Below, piece by piece: positions 24,521 through 37,703 of a stretch of DNA of 64,000 bases (the first letter of the stretch is position 1; every line of letters starts with the position of its first letter). The DNA is from Macrostomum hystrix (lineage: Eukaryota; Animalia; Platyhelminthes). Both the position numbers and the translations under genes were made by a program. The stretch lies in contig CATNEN010000029.1 in NCBI GenBank assembly GCA_950097015.1, positions 3,100,001-3,164,000 on the forward strand. The letters are read 5' to 3'. The notes below the pieces were generated by a model. That model saw nothing but the letters and a program-made list of their open reading frames with translations. It ran no database searches and was not told the DNA's origin.

Positions 24521-25279
24521 TTGTAAAGTTTTTGTAAACATCGAATCGAATGGTTGCAAGATTTGGGATTTCTTGGATAAGCATTTCGATCACTTCCCTC
24601 GGCAGCATGGAGGTAGACTGGCAGGAGTTAAGATGGAGTGTTCAGTTAGTCTCCCGATAAAAAACTCAATTGCAACACAAACGCGGCAAACACCATAAAA
24701 GAATTGCGTCCCTTCCCTTCTACTCGACTTGGCAAGTGATTAGGGAAAGTATTTTATGCATCCAAATCGGATTAGGCTATCTTATTTATCTGTGAGGAGT
24801 TGTGAGTTCAGCTACAAAACGTGCTTACAAGCTTACAAAGCCAGTGCAAAAACAACTAGCTAAATTATTTACTACTGTAGGTCGAGAGCAGCAAGAGAAA
24901 GTGGAAATTGGCTATAAAAATGGTTGGACAATCACTTTTAGGCTATATAAGATTGATATTATCACTCTAAAAAGCTGACTCTTAAAATAAAGTAAATAAA
25001 TTATACACTAACTTACTGAATAAGTTAGCACAGTCAAGCAATTGTCACTATAATTTTTTAGCATTTTTGTATCTGAGTTAAACAATTGTCTGAAGTTGAC
25101 CTGACACTTTAAGATTGAAAAAATATCTAGCAAGTAATTAAATATACCCGTTGCAGTTGCGAAATGACACACAAAAAGGACTTTTAACTCCAGACTTTTA
25201 CTGCGAATTTGTGACTCAGTTTGGCTAGAAATGACATTAATGGTTAAACAGATAGATCGGATTGTGGACACCACTTGGT

Positions 25280-25910
25280 AGACAGATAGATTTCAGGCTG
25301 AACACAAGTTAGTGGACAGATGGATTTCAGGCTGAACACAAGTTAGTGGACAGATGGATTTCAGGCTGAACACAAGTTAGTGGACAGATGGATTTCAGGC
25401 TGAACACAAGTTAGTGGACAGATGGATTTCAGGCTGAACGCAAGTTAGTGGACAGATGGATTTCAGGCTTGACACAAATCGGTGGACAGATGGATTTCAG
25501 GCTGAACACAAGTTAGTGGACAGATGGATTTCAGGCTTGACACAAATCGGTGGACAGAAGGATTTCAGGCTGAACACAAGTTAGTGGACAGATGGATTTC
25601 AGGCTTGACACAAATCGGTGGACAGAAGGATTTCAGGCTGAACACAAGTTAGTGGACAGATGGATTTCAGGCTTGACACAAATCGGTGGACAGATGGATT
25701 TCAAGCTTGACACAAATCGGTGGACAGATGGATTTCAGGCTGAACACAAGTTAGTGGACAGATGGATTTCAGGCTGAACACAAGTTAGTAGACAGATGGA
25801 TTTCAGGCTTGACACAAATCGGTGGACAGAAGGATTTCAGGCTGAACACAAGTTAGTGGACAGATGGATTTCAGGCTGAACACAAATCGGTGGACAGATG
25901 GATTTCAGAA
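25280..25910. repeat. 34-bp minisatellite with two interleaved variants
   Basis: GGACAGATGGATTTCAGGCTGAACACAAGTTAGT alternates with ...GCTTGACACAAATCGGT. Confidence 0.95.
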
Positions 25911-26361
25911 CGGACTTCTTGCTATCCGTGAGCTGGTCCTAAACTCGCAGTTTCGTATCTGGCCCTGTTCATTCGCCAAGTTTGGCTTAAAAAGAAGCTC
26001 AGTGCCAGACAAAAGAATTAAGCGAAAATGGAACAGAGAGGCACAGATCCCAGAAGTTTATTTGGTTTAGTTAAGCAAAGACGGTCGGTAGGCGGCATTG
26101 GGTTTGGATACTGTTCCTATAACTGTTGGATTTACGCTTAGCAAACACGGGGGCAAAGACATTATTTTCTAGTTTTTTTTCGCTTCTTTCGTATTTCTTT
26201 CGCAAAAGAGGAAATTGCTCGGCTCGGGGTTTTCTGTTCCGATCGCTGGACACGTTTCACACCCAATCTTCCCCTCAGGGAGAAACCGACTGCAGGATTG
26301 TTCTTGCGGTGGGAAAATTTGGGACTTTATTAAAATGAATTAAAACTGAAACTCATAGACC

Positions 26362-26364
<3 letters not shown>

Positions 26365-26401
<37 letters not shown>

Positions 26402-27005
26402 CCCAGCACAGAGACACAGACAGACAGACACCCAGCACAGAGACACAGACAGACAGACACCCAGCACAGACAGACAGACACCCAGCACAGAAAGACAGAC
26501 AGACAGACACCCAGACAGACAGACAGACACCCAGACAGACAGACAGACACCCAGCACAGACAGACAGACACCCAGCACAGACAGACAGACACCCAGCACA
26601 GACAGACAGACAGACAGACACCCAGCACAGAGAGACAGACAGACAAACACCCAGCACAGACAGACAGACAGACACCCAGCACAGAGACACAAACAGACAC
26701 CCAGCACAGACAGACACCCAGGACAGACAGACAGACAGACAGACAGACACCCAGCACAGAGAGACAGACAGACAAACAGATAGACAAATAGACACCTAGC
26801 ACAGACAGACAAACAGACACCTAGCAAAGACAGACAGCCAAACAGACACCCAGCACAGATAGACAGACAAACAGACACCCAGCACAGATAGACAGACAAA
26901 CAGACACCCAGCACAGACAGACAGACAGACAGACACCCAGCACAGATAGACAGACAGACAGACAGACACCCAGCACAGTCAGACAGACAGACATAGACAG
27001 ACAGA
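26365..27005. repeat. (GACA)n/ACCCAGCAC compound satellite, locus 1
   Basis: GACA runs punctuated by CACCCAGCACA; same family as 50960-52505. Confidence 0.95.
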
Positions 27006-27594
27006 CAAAACTCCAAGAAATATTTTAGCCAGACAAGCTTATAGCATGCCACAGACGGGACCAGTCTCCAACCAGCAAATTAAGTAACTAAGCTCGCCAT
27101 TAAGTGAGCCAATCAATCATGAATATGAATTTTTGCCCTTTATTTTCGCCATAATCAGCTCCTGGGCTCCTGTCGCTTAGATAGGCTCAGACTGGTTTTC
27201 GACAAGACAGACTCAAACGGAACCTTTTCTCGCGAGCAAATATTAGCACAGCAATTATTGACTGTGTCAATGAATGCCAGGGCGGCTGGGTCCTTGGCAA
27301 GACAAGATTCGATTGTCATTAATCGCGCTTAGATCGTATTCAAGGAACTTCTACGCTCGTAAAAACTAGGGCCACACAACCTTAATCTACATTCGACATG
27401 TGTTTGCATCCTTTTTCTTAGCTAGCACCGCTCTGTCGTTAGGTTCCATTCGCTTTGAATTTATTCTTGGAATTAAATTAAAACTATAACCTCCATTTGC
27501 GGTGTGTCGTGTCTACTTCAATTTTATGGTTGTTTTTCCAGCATTGTCAGTGTCACAAATAATAAATAACTATTTCAGCAACAATTCGATCTTT

Positions 27595-28165
27595 GGTTGC
27601 TTCTGTGACTCTAGCTACGATTCCTTCTGTGACTCTAGCTACGATTCCTTCTGTGACTCTAGCTACGATTCCTTCTGTGACTCTAGCTACGATTCCTTCT
27701 GTGACTCTAGCTACGATTCCTTCTGTGACTCTAGCTACGATTCCTTCTGTGACTCTAGCTACGATTCCTTCTGTGACTCTAGCTACGATTCCTTCTGTGA
27801 CTCTAGCTACGATTCCTTCTGTGACTCTAGCTACGATTCCTTCTGTGACTCTAGCTACGATTCCTTCTGTGACTCTAGCTACGATTCCTTCTGTGACTCT
27901 AGCTACGATTCCTTCTGTGACTCTAGCTACGATTCCTTCTGTGACTCTAGCTACGATTCCTTCTGTGACTCTAGCTACGATTCCTTCTGTGACTCTAGCT
28001 ACGATTCCTTCTGTGACTCTAGCTACGATTCCTTCTGTGACTCTAGCTACGATTCCTTCTGTGACTTTAGCTACGATTTCTTTTGTAATTCTTGCTACTG
28101 TTCTTGCTGCGACTCGTAGCAACGATTCTTGCTGCGATTCTAGTTAGGCTTCTTGCTGCGATTCT
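27595..28165. repeat. 24-bp minisatellite (CTGTGACTCTAGCTACGATTCCTT), related to the 10.9/12.0-kb family
   Basis: About 20 perfect units. The right end degrades into CTTGCTGCGATTCTAG, the unit of the earlier arrays. Confidence 0.9.
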
Positions 28166-29029
28166 CTTGGTAAAGTTTCTGCTGCTTGTTTTTCTCGTGA
28201 ATCTTCAAGGAGATGCTACAATTTTTGCCGAGCAGGTCCTCAGTCCTTCACGGTAAGCCAATCAGGCATTCCTGTTTGCTTTGCTGCGCGGTAAAGAAAC
28301 AAGACAGGCGTCAAAGTTGACAGATTATGTAAACTGTCTACGGCTTGTCGGCCAAAAACATATGGGTGTCATCTTTGGGCTAATTAGAAGCTTGTAAGCA
28401 ACGAAACGACATCTGGGATTAACAATTAACCAAAGAGGATCTTGTGTGGGGGGCCTCATCAAGCAGTATGAATGACATGCCTGGTTGAAGCCCCGGGTTA
28501 AATCCTAGAGACACGAATTGATGTCTCCCACTAGCTTGCGCTTGTCTCCTATGTGAGGAAATGGGATATTGTTTCGCTTTTGCCAAATTCTTTGTGTAGC
28601 TACGCTAAGAGGCCCTAGGAATGCGCCGCAGGCTGTAGGCTTTTCATTCTTCTTACTATTATTTGCTTTGAATCAGTCAGGTGTAATTTTTTCCCTGACA
28701 ACTCATGCAGCTTCTAGATACTCTGCGGAATAATGAAAATGATTTATTATAATTGGTCTTTCAGCCATCTTTGACAATAAACTGTGACGGACAATGCTTT
28801 GGGCTGAGCAAAAGTGTTAGTCGATAAGAGTTGAAATGGATGAGGCTACAAAATTGTAGCCGATTCTGTCATGCTACAATGCATTTTTGTTGAATTCCAT
28901 GACATTCAACAATTTTGTACTCAAAGTTTGGAGCCCACTCAATTGTTTTTAGTCGTGCAGTTTTCCTGTCTTCTATGAATCGCAATGCCTGGTGTGATCA
29001 GTCACCGCCCCGTTTTGCAGTCGCCGCCT

Positions 29030-31665
29030 CTTTAGGAGATCGCCATCCTTTAAGAAGATCGTCATCTTTTAAGAAGATCGCCATCCTTTAAGAAGATCGC
29101 CATCTTTTAAGAAGATCGCCATCCTTTAAGAAGATCGTCATCTTTTAAGAAGATCGCCATCCTTTAAGAAGATCGCCATCTTTTAAGAAGATCGCCATCC
29201 TTTAAGAAGATCGTCATCTTTTAAGAAGATCGCCATCCTTTAAGAAGATCGCCATCTTTTAAGAAGATCGCCATCCTTTAAGAAGATCGCCATCTTTTAA
29301 GAAGATCGCCATCCTTTAAGAAGATCGCCATCTTTTAAGAAGATCGCCATCCTTTAAGAAGATCGCCATCTTTTAAGAAGATCGCCATCCTTTAAGAAGA
29401 TCGCCATCTTTTAAGAAGATCGCCATCCTTTAAGAAGATCGTCATCTTTTAAGAAGATCGCCATCCTTTAAGAAGATCGCCATCTTTTAAGAAGATCGCC
29501 ATCTTTTAAGAAGATCGCCATCCTTTAAGAAGATCGCCATCCTTTAAGAAGATCGCCATCTTTTAAGAAGATCGCCATCCTTTAAGAAGATCGCCATCTT
29601 TTAAGACCGTCATCTCTTAAGAAGATCGTCATCTCTTAAGAAGATCGTCATCTTTTAAGAAGATCGCCATCCTTTAAGAAGATCGCCATCTTTTAAGAAG
29701 ATCGTCATCCTTTAAGAAGATCGCCATCTTTTAAGAAGATCGTCATCCTTTAAGAAGATCGTCATCTTTTAAGAAGATCGCCATCCTTTAAGAAGATCGC
29801 CAGCTTTTAAGAAGATCGCCATCTTTTAAGAAGATCGCCATCCTTTAAGAAGATCGCCATCCTTTAAGAAGATCGTCATCTTTTAAGAAGATCGCCATCC
29901 TTTAAGAAGATCGCCATCTTTTAAGAAGATCGCCATCCTTTAAGAAGATCGCCATCTTTTAAGAAGATCGCCATCCTTTAAGAAGATCGCCATCTTTTAA
30001 GAAGATCGCCATCCTTTAAGAGATCGTCATCTTTTAAGAAGATCGCCATCCTTTAAGAAGATCGCCATCTTTTAAGAAGATCGCCATCTTTTAAGAAGAT
30101 CGCCATCCTTTAAGAAGATCGCCATCCTTTAAGAAGATCGCCATCTTTTAAGAAGATCGCCATCCTTTTAAGAAGATCGCCATCTTTTAAGAAGATCGCC
30201 ATCCTTTAAGAAGATCGCCATCTTTTAAGACCGTCATCTCTTAAGAAGATCGTCATCTCTTAAGAAGATCGTCATCTTTTAAGAAGATCGCCATCCTTTA
30301 AGAAGATCGCCATCTTTTAAGAAGATCGTCATCCTTTAAGAAGATCGCCATCTTTTAAGAAGATCGTCATCCTTTAAGAAGATCGCCATCTTTTAAGAAG
30401 ATCGTCCATCCTTTAAGAAGATCGCCATCTTTTAAGAAGATCGCCATCTTTTAAGAAGATCGCCATCTTTTAAGACCGTCATCTTTTAAGAAGATCGTCA
30501 TCCTTTAAGAAGATCGCCATCTTTTAAGAAGATCGCCATCTTTTAAGAAGATCGTCATCCTTTAAGAAGATCGTCATCTTTTAAGAAGATCGCCATCCTT
30601 TAAGAAGATCGCCATCTTTTAAGAAGATCGCCATCTTTTAAGAAGATCGCCATCCTTTAAGAAGATCGCCATCCTTTAAGAAGATCGCCATCTTTTAAGA
30701 AGATCGCCATCCTTTAAGAAGATCGCCATCTTTTAAGAAGATCGCCATCCTTTAAGAAGATCGCCATCTTTTAAGAAGATCGCCATCCTTTAAGAAGATC
30801 GCCATCTTTTAAGAAGATCGCCATCCTTTAAGAAGATCGTCATCTTTTAAGAAGATCGCCATCTTTTAAGAAGATCGCCATCTTTTAAGAAGATCGCCAT
30901 CTTTTAAGAAGATCGCCATCCTTTAAGAAGATCGCCATCCTTTAAGAAGATCGCCATCTTTTAAGAAGATCGCCATCCTTTAAGAAGATCGCCATCTTTT
31001 AAGAAGATCGCCATCCTTTAAGAAGATCGCCATCTTTTAAGACCGTCATCTCTTAAGAAGATCGTCATCTCTTAAGAAGATCGTCATCTTTTAAGAAGAT
31101 CGCCATCCTTTAAGAAGATCGCCATCTTTTAAGAAGATCGTCATCCTTTAAGAAGATCGCCATCTTTTAAGAAGATCGTCATCCTTTAAGAAGATCGCCA
31201 TCTTTTAAGAAGATCGTCATCCTTTAAGAAGATCGCCATCTTTTAAGAAGATCGCCATCTTTTAAGAAGATCGCCATCTTTTAAGACCGTCATCTTTTAA
31301 GAAGATCGTCATCCTTTAAGAAGATCGCCATCTTTTAAGAAGATCGTCATCTTTTAAGAAGATCGCCATCTTTTAAGAAGACCGTCATCTTTTAAGAAGA
31401 TCGCCATCTTTTAAGAAGACCGTCATCTTTTAAGAAGATCGTCATCTCTTAAGAAGATCGTCAATTTTTAAGAAGATCGCCATCCTTTAAGAAGATCGCC
31501 ATCTTTTAAGACCGTCATCTCTTAAGAAGACCATCATCTCTTAAGAAGATCGTCATCTTTTAAGAAGATCGCCATCTTTTAAGAAGATCGCCATCTTTTA
31601 AGAAGACCGTCATCTTTTAAGAAGATCGTCATCTTTTAAGAAGACCGTCATCTTTTAAGAATATA
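29030..31665. repeat. 19-bp quasi-palindromic satellite (AAGAAGATCGCCATCYTTT), ~2.6 kb
   Basis: 19-bp period (29052, 29071, 29090) with alternating CCT/CTT variants and recurrent AAGACCGTCATCTC variant blocks. Confidence 0.95.
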
Positions 31666-32399
31666 ATCATATGTTTAAGAAGATCATCATAAGAAGAATG
31701 CCGTCGGTTTTCTGCAGTTTTCTACATCTTCGATTTAGTAAGTCTTCAAAAGCAAACATAGAATCACACATTTGCTGCTTCTCAACTCAAACATGCTCGT
31801 CTCTTCTTCCTAATAAATCTGCTCATCTGTTTTTAATCTTCAAACTTCCAGATCCTCGATAAAGGAGCGGCACGCGCCTGAAAGAAGTTGTAGCTGCGCT
31901 ATTCAAAGTCTGCATCTCGGTTGGAAAAACACGACCGAAATTTCGAGCTGATTCGCGACTCTAACGTGTCTGAATGCATCTCTTGGGCTGTTTGTGGGAT
32001 CCCGGAGACTGCTAATGGGACAGTCGTGGCTGAATGCCCTACTTCGTGTTGCCTATAATACCTAATCATTAGTGCTCCATATAGAACTGCAAAATCATTT
32101 AGAAAAGTGCACACAGAAGCCAACAGATTTGCGTTGCACTGCCAACTATTTTTGGGATCAAGGCACACTAGTAACCGCTATTTTCAGCAGTGTAACAATG
32201 TTGTATTCGACCCATTTGACTCGACAACTTATCAATACAGATTAGGCCAGGGATTGTGGTCTATGAGCAAACCTATACAGGATGAGACATAAGATTGGGG
32301 AGAAAGGATAGGCTGGTGATAGATCAGAACTAAAACAACAAAGGACGTTGTCAAGATTGAAAAAGGCAGCGTCACTGAAAGGCTGTCGATTTTCTTTTA

Positions 32400-32705
32400 T
32401 CGATGAGATAGAGAGGTGAGACAGGGAAGATATGAAATAGGGGGAGGACGAGAGATAAGACAATGGGGAGATGGGGGAGAGAAAAGACAGTAGATTGCAT
32501 ATTGTACACTGCATATTTTGAGCGGACTGAAGAACCTGTATGTTGCGAGGGAGATGAGACAGGGTAGAGATGAGACGGAAGAGATGAAATAGGGGAGAGG
32601 AGAGATGAAATTTGGAAAGATGAGACAGGCGAGATAAGACAGGAGAAAAAGAGAGGAGAGATTAGACAGGGAGATGAGACAGGGGAGAGATGAGATACAG
32701 TAGAG
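32400..32705. repeat. Low-complexity purine (GA-rich) tract
   Basis: GAGATGAGACAGGG-like degenerate motifs. Confidence 0.65.
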
Positions 32706-33059
32706 AAGCGGTTTAAATCGAAAAGAGAACTAGCAATTTTTGCTTTTTTAACCATAGCAAATATAAAAATGCATCGATAGAGGCACTATATCCTAGCAAT
32801 TAAATGCCCCTTACATACTACTTACAGGCGACACTTTGCAGTTAAACCGCGTAATTGACCCTGTCAGACTTGGACACTGATTTTGAATTAACCCGATCTG
32901 TACATCTGCCGCTTAAATATTTAGTCTTTTTAAATCATTTATTCTACGAGCGAACCAGCGGTAAAAAAACTAAATATTAATTTTATATGCATTCAACATC
33001 CAACAATAAAGCAAATATCTGCAGTTCCCTGAAAGCCAACAGGTGCTTCACGAATCACA

Positions 33060-33735
33060 ATCAGCAGCCCCATTACAATCTACAGGTCCTTTACAATCTG
33101 CAACTCCATTACAATCTACAGGTCCTTTACAATCTGCAACTCCATTACAATCTACAGGTCCTTTACAATCTATAACTCCATTACAATCTACAGGTCCTTT
33201 ACAATCTATAACTCCATTACAATCTACAGGTCCTTTACAATCTATAACTCCATTACAATCTACAGGTCCTTTACAATCTGCAACTCCATTACAATCTACA
33301 GGTCCTTTACAATCTATAACTCCATTACAATCTACAGGTCCTTTACAATCTATAACTCCATTACAATCTACAGGTCCTTTACAATCTGCAACTCCATTAC
33401 AATCTACAGGTCCTTTACAATCTATAACTCCATTACAATCTACAGGTCCTTTACAATATAAAACTCCATTACAATCTACAGGTCCTTTACAATCTGCAAC
33501 TCCATTACAATCTACAGGTCCTTTACAATCTATAACTCCATTACAATCTACAGATCCTTTACAATCTATAACTCCATTACAATCTACAGGTCCTTTACAA
33601 TCTGCAACTCCATTACAATCTACAGGTCCTTTACAATCTGCAACTCCATTACAATCTACAGGTCCTTTACGATCTGCAGTTCTCTCATAACTTGCAGTTC
33701 CCTCACAATCTACGGCTCCTAACAATCTACAGTTC
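33060..33735. repeat. 36-bp (2x18) minisatellite
   Basis: Unit TTACAATCTACAGGTCCTTTACAATCTGCAACTCCA. Confidence 0.95.
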
Positions 33736-34249
33736 TATTAAAATCTGCAAGCCTTTCTAACTATGAAGTTTCATCACAATTCACATATCAATCAGAGGAT
33801 TTCAAGGAAAAATATCGAATATGTTATTTATAAGGAGAATAAACGATTAAAAACATGCCCAACTGTGCTCCATATGATAATAATACCATGCCATTGCTAA
33901 ATATTCTGTATTTTGTGAAGAATATATACAGATGAGAATCTGAAGCGCTTAATGGGCGATCGGATTCCATGGAGAAAAGTGCACAAAAGGTAGAGCTAAA
34001 AGTACAGAATGCAACGACAGAGAATCAATTGAGCCAATGCACAGTCATCCAAATAATTAATAAGAACAATGAGTTTATAGCGGGACACTGAAACACTGAA
34101 AGACTGAAAATACAGAGAGAAACCAACGACTGGGTTTGTTGTTTGCAATATTCTTATGAAATTGTAGCATAACAAAATAAATTGTTTCACTAAATTTACA
34201 TGCAAACTGGAACACAAACAGCTGCCTAGTAAACAATTATAAAATGCTA

Positions 34250-34760
34250 GCTCATTCACAATGACCTTTAAGACTCCCTGCTCATTCAAACTGACCTTCA
34301 GGAGATCCAGCTCATTCAAAATGACCTTCAAGACTCCCTGCTCATTCACAATGACCTTCAGGACTCCCTGCTCATTCACAATGACCTTCAGGACTCCCTG
34401 CTCATTCAAAATGACCTTCAGGGCTTCATGATAATTTAAAATGACTTAGAAGAACACCTGCTCCTTAAAAATAACCTTCAGGACTCCCTGCTCATTAAAA
34501 ATAACCTTCTGGACTCCCTGCTCATTAAAAATAACCTTCTGGACTCCCTGCTCATTCAAAATAACCGTCAGGACTCCCTGATCATTCAAAATGACCTTCA
34601 GGACTCCCTGCTCATTCAAAATGAACTTCAGGACTCCCTGATCATTCAAAATGACCTTCAGGACTCCCTGCTCATTCACAATGACCTTCAGGACTCCCTG
34701 CTCATTCAAAATGAACTTCAGGACTTCTATAATTTAAAATGACCTAAAAGAACACCTGAT
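34250..34760. repeat. 30-bp minisatellite
   Basis: Unit ATGACCTTCAGGACTCCCTGCTCATTCAAA. Confidence 0.9.
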
Positions 34761-34822
34761 TATCTAAAGTGACCTTAAATGGTATTCCAGAGTCCCAGCT
34801 GATATAAAAAGACGGACTGATA

Positions 34823-35433
34823 TCAGCTGGAGTGGCTAATCATGTGAACGCTGAGTTCGTCCACATTGTCATAGGCCATGGGACAGATGGGGCAGGGCAG
34901 TCGGTCGCCGGGTCGTCGAGACTGCTTGGGCCTGATGTGCACTCTGTAGGTGTGATTGCTCAGCTGTAACTGGTTGTTAAACAATCTGCAGCAGACTGTA
35001 CACATAATTTGCTGTTTCACTATATTATTATTCTCATAGGCGTCGGTTGATTCGCCAGTGTCGGAGTGTTTATTGACAACAGACTTGCCCTTTTCTAGTC
35101 CTGAAATTGTGTTTGGTTGTCGCCGATTGCGCGATTCTAAACAGACGCTGGTACAGCCAACCTGTGTAGCCCTACCGTCGCTACTGACGCCGCTGTCTCC
35201 GTCGCCGTCGGCTAAATTTGTAGCCGATTTTCTTTTGCGAACAAAAACAATGCCAGATTGTTCGATAGGCGTCTCGCCGTCATCTCGCCGGGCTGTCTCG
35301 CCATTTGGCCTGCGTCGATCTAGGAGGTGCTGACGAAGCTTATCGACCGGAGTTAAGCTGACATCGCGCTGAATGATTGATGGCAGAACAACTGACGAAG
35401 CGCAGCTGGCGTTGTCAGCGCTGCGGGGAGAGT
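34823..35433 (-). CDS. C2H2 zinc-finger gene 1, last exon (2 fingers)
   Basis: gaattccag|AC acceptor (phase 1), stop-free to TGA. Contains CTVC..HTYRVH and CPIC..HMISH. Confidence 0.8.
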
Positions 35434-35489
35434 CTGGAATTCACAGCGAGCTCGTTTAGTTAATGAACTTTGCTAACTTTGTTATTGAT

Positions 35490-36410
35490 TCTAATCATTC
35501 TGCAATTGAATCCAATTAATCTACAATAGAATCCAATCAATCTGCAATTGAATCCAATCAATCCTACAATTGAATCCAATCTATCTGCAATTGAATCCAA
35601 TCAATCTACAATAGAATCCAATCAATCTGCAATTGAATCCAATCAATCTACAATAGAATCCAATCAATCTGCAATTGAATCCAATCAATCCTACAATTGA
35701 ATCCAATCTATCTGCAATTGAATCCAATCAATCTACACTTGAATCCAATCAATCTACAATTGAATCCAATCAATCTGCAATTGAATCCAATCAATCTGCA
35801 ATTGAATCCAATCAATCTACACTTGAATCCAATCAATCCTACAATTGAATCCAATCTATCTGCAATTGAATCCAATCAATCTGCAATTGAATCCAATCAA
35901 TCTGCAATTGAATTCAATCAATCTACAATTGAATCCAATCAATCTGCAATTGAATCCAATCAATCTGCAATTGAATCCAATCAATCTACACTTGAATCCA
36001 ATCAATCTGCAATTGAATCCAATCAATCTACACTTAAATCCAATCAATCCTACAATAGAATCCAATCAATCTGCAATTGAATCCAATCAATCTGCAATTG
36101 AATCCAATCAATCTGCAATTGAATCCAATCAATCCTACAATAGAATCCTATCAATCTACAATTGAATCCAATCAATCTGCAATTGAATCCAATCAATCTG
36201 CAATTGAATCCAATCAATCTACACTTGAATCCAATCAATCCTACAATTGAATCCAATCTATCTGCAATTGAATCCAATCAATCTGCAATTGAATCCAATC
36301 AATCTGCAATTGAATCCAATCAATCTACAATTGAATCCAATCAATCTGCAATTGAATCCAATCAATCTGCAATTGAATCCAATCAATCTACAATTGAATC
36401 CAATCACCCT
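35490..36410. repeat. 21-bp minisatellite (ATTGAATCCAATCAATCTGCA) filling a ZnF intron
   Basis: Occupies about 90% of intron 35434-36450. Confidence 0.95.
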
Positions 36411-36450
36411 GACACAGAATCTAATCAATATCCCACCAAATCTGACCAAC

Positions 36451-36943
36451 CTGCAAAAGCAGAAACAGCCAAAGCTTCGCCTTCGGCATCAACATCCTGA
36501 CAGTCGGGATCATCAGTGTCGCTGCTGCCGCATTCGTCTGCCTTGGGCCCAGTCGCCCTGGCGTGCCTTCCCAGTAAGTGTTTATCCAACTCGTCTGCGC
36601 TGCGAAGATATTCGTTGCACAGAAAGCAAGTGTACCTATTCAGAGGCATTGTTGCCTGGGGTGGAGGCGGAGGCGCTGGCGCAGGTGGAGGTGGAGGCGG
36701 AGGGTGAGTCGGTGGAGTTGAATTAGTGCCGCCGAGACGCTCCGTTAGGAATTTCTTGAGCATAACAGCAACCTTCACTGAGCGTGTGGCGGGCGGCTGC
36801 ATAGTTTTTTCGGCTAGGCTCGGATTCGACTGCGCTTCTTGCAAATTAGGCGAAGGAGCGGATGATGACTGCGGCTGTGATGGAGGCGGTGGCGGTGGTG
36901 GAGGCCGCGAACTCACCGTAGATTTCTTTTTGACAGTTTTTAC
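36451..36943 (-). CDS. C2H2 zinc-finger gene 1, middle exon (poly-Pro, 1 finger)
   Basis: tttgcag|GTA acceptor (phase 0). CFLC..HLLGRH finger. Donor GCAG|GTTGGT is phase 1 and matches the next exon. Confidence 0.75.
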
Positions 36944-37019
36944 CTGCAAAACAGGCGATAATTTTGCTTAAATTAACCTTGCTTAGGTTAAGCTATACAT
37001 TACATGCAATGGCCTGGAC

Positions 37020-37350
37020 TGCCAAAGGATCGGGGGATAGATGGGATATCAGCATGCTGCAGGGATCGGGGGATAGATGGGATATCAGCATGCTGCAGGG
37101 ATCGGGGGATAGAAGGGATATCAGCATGCTGTAGGGATCGGGGGATAGATGGGATATCAGCATGCTGTAGGGATCGGGGGATAGATGGGATATCAGCATT
37201 GTGTAGGGATCGGGGGATAGATGGGATATCAGCATGCTGTAGGGATCGGGGGATAGATGGGATATCAGCATGCTGTAGGGATCGGGGGATAGATGGGATA
37301 TGAGCATGCTGTAGGGATCGGGGGATAGATGGGATATGAGCATGCTGACT
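37020..37350. repeat. 36-bp G-rich minisatellite filling a ZnF intron
   Basis: GGGATCGGGGGATAGATGGGATATCAGCATGCTGTA x ~9. Confidence 0.95.
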
Positions 37351-37370
37351 GATGCATGCAAGCAGCTTAC

Positions 37371-37703
37371 ATTCTGCTCAGGCTGATGCACTGTGACACT
37401 GCAGCTGTTCAAATCAGACATTTCGCCATCTGAATGGCAGACAACGAAATGCTCCCACAGTTCCCAGTCGGTGCTGGTTGTCTCATTGCACAGGTCACAA
37501 CGCCATAACTCATTGTGCAGAGGCGCTGATAGAGCTGCTAGCAATGGTGAAGCAGGCAGCGACTCCAGCGACACAGCAAGCTGCCTGTGCTCAGCTAGGT
37601 GACTAGCAAGTTGATGCTGATTGGCCAGAGAGGCAAAGCAAAGTGGGCACACAACTGCCAGGTTGCCACAATGTGACAACTGTTGCGCTGCCCCAGTGGC
37701 TTG
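37371..37703 (-). CDS. C2H2 zinc-finger gene 1, first identifiable exon (2 fingers); start codon not found
   Basis: ttttttattacttccag|CAA acceptor. CPLC..HLAEH and CDLC..HFVVCH fingers. Donor AAT|GTAAGC. The three exons join to 1437 nt in frame. Confidence 0.8.

Noticed and set aside
33043-33725. Mucin-like PLQSTG and Cys-repeat DCKGPV ORFs on opposite strands
   Set aside because: A 36-bp repeat keeps frames open trivially; no convincing ATG, signal peptide or splice sites.
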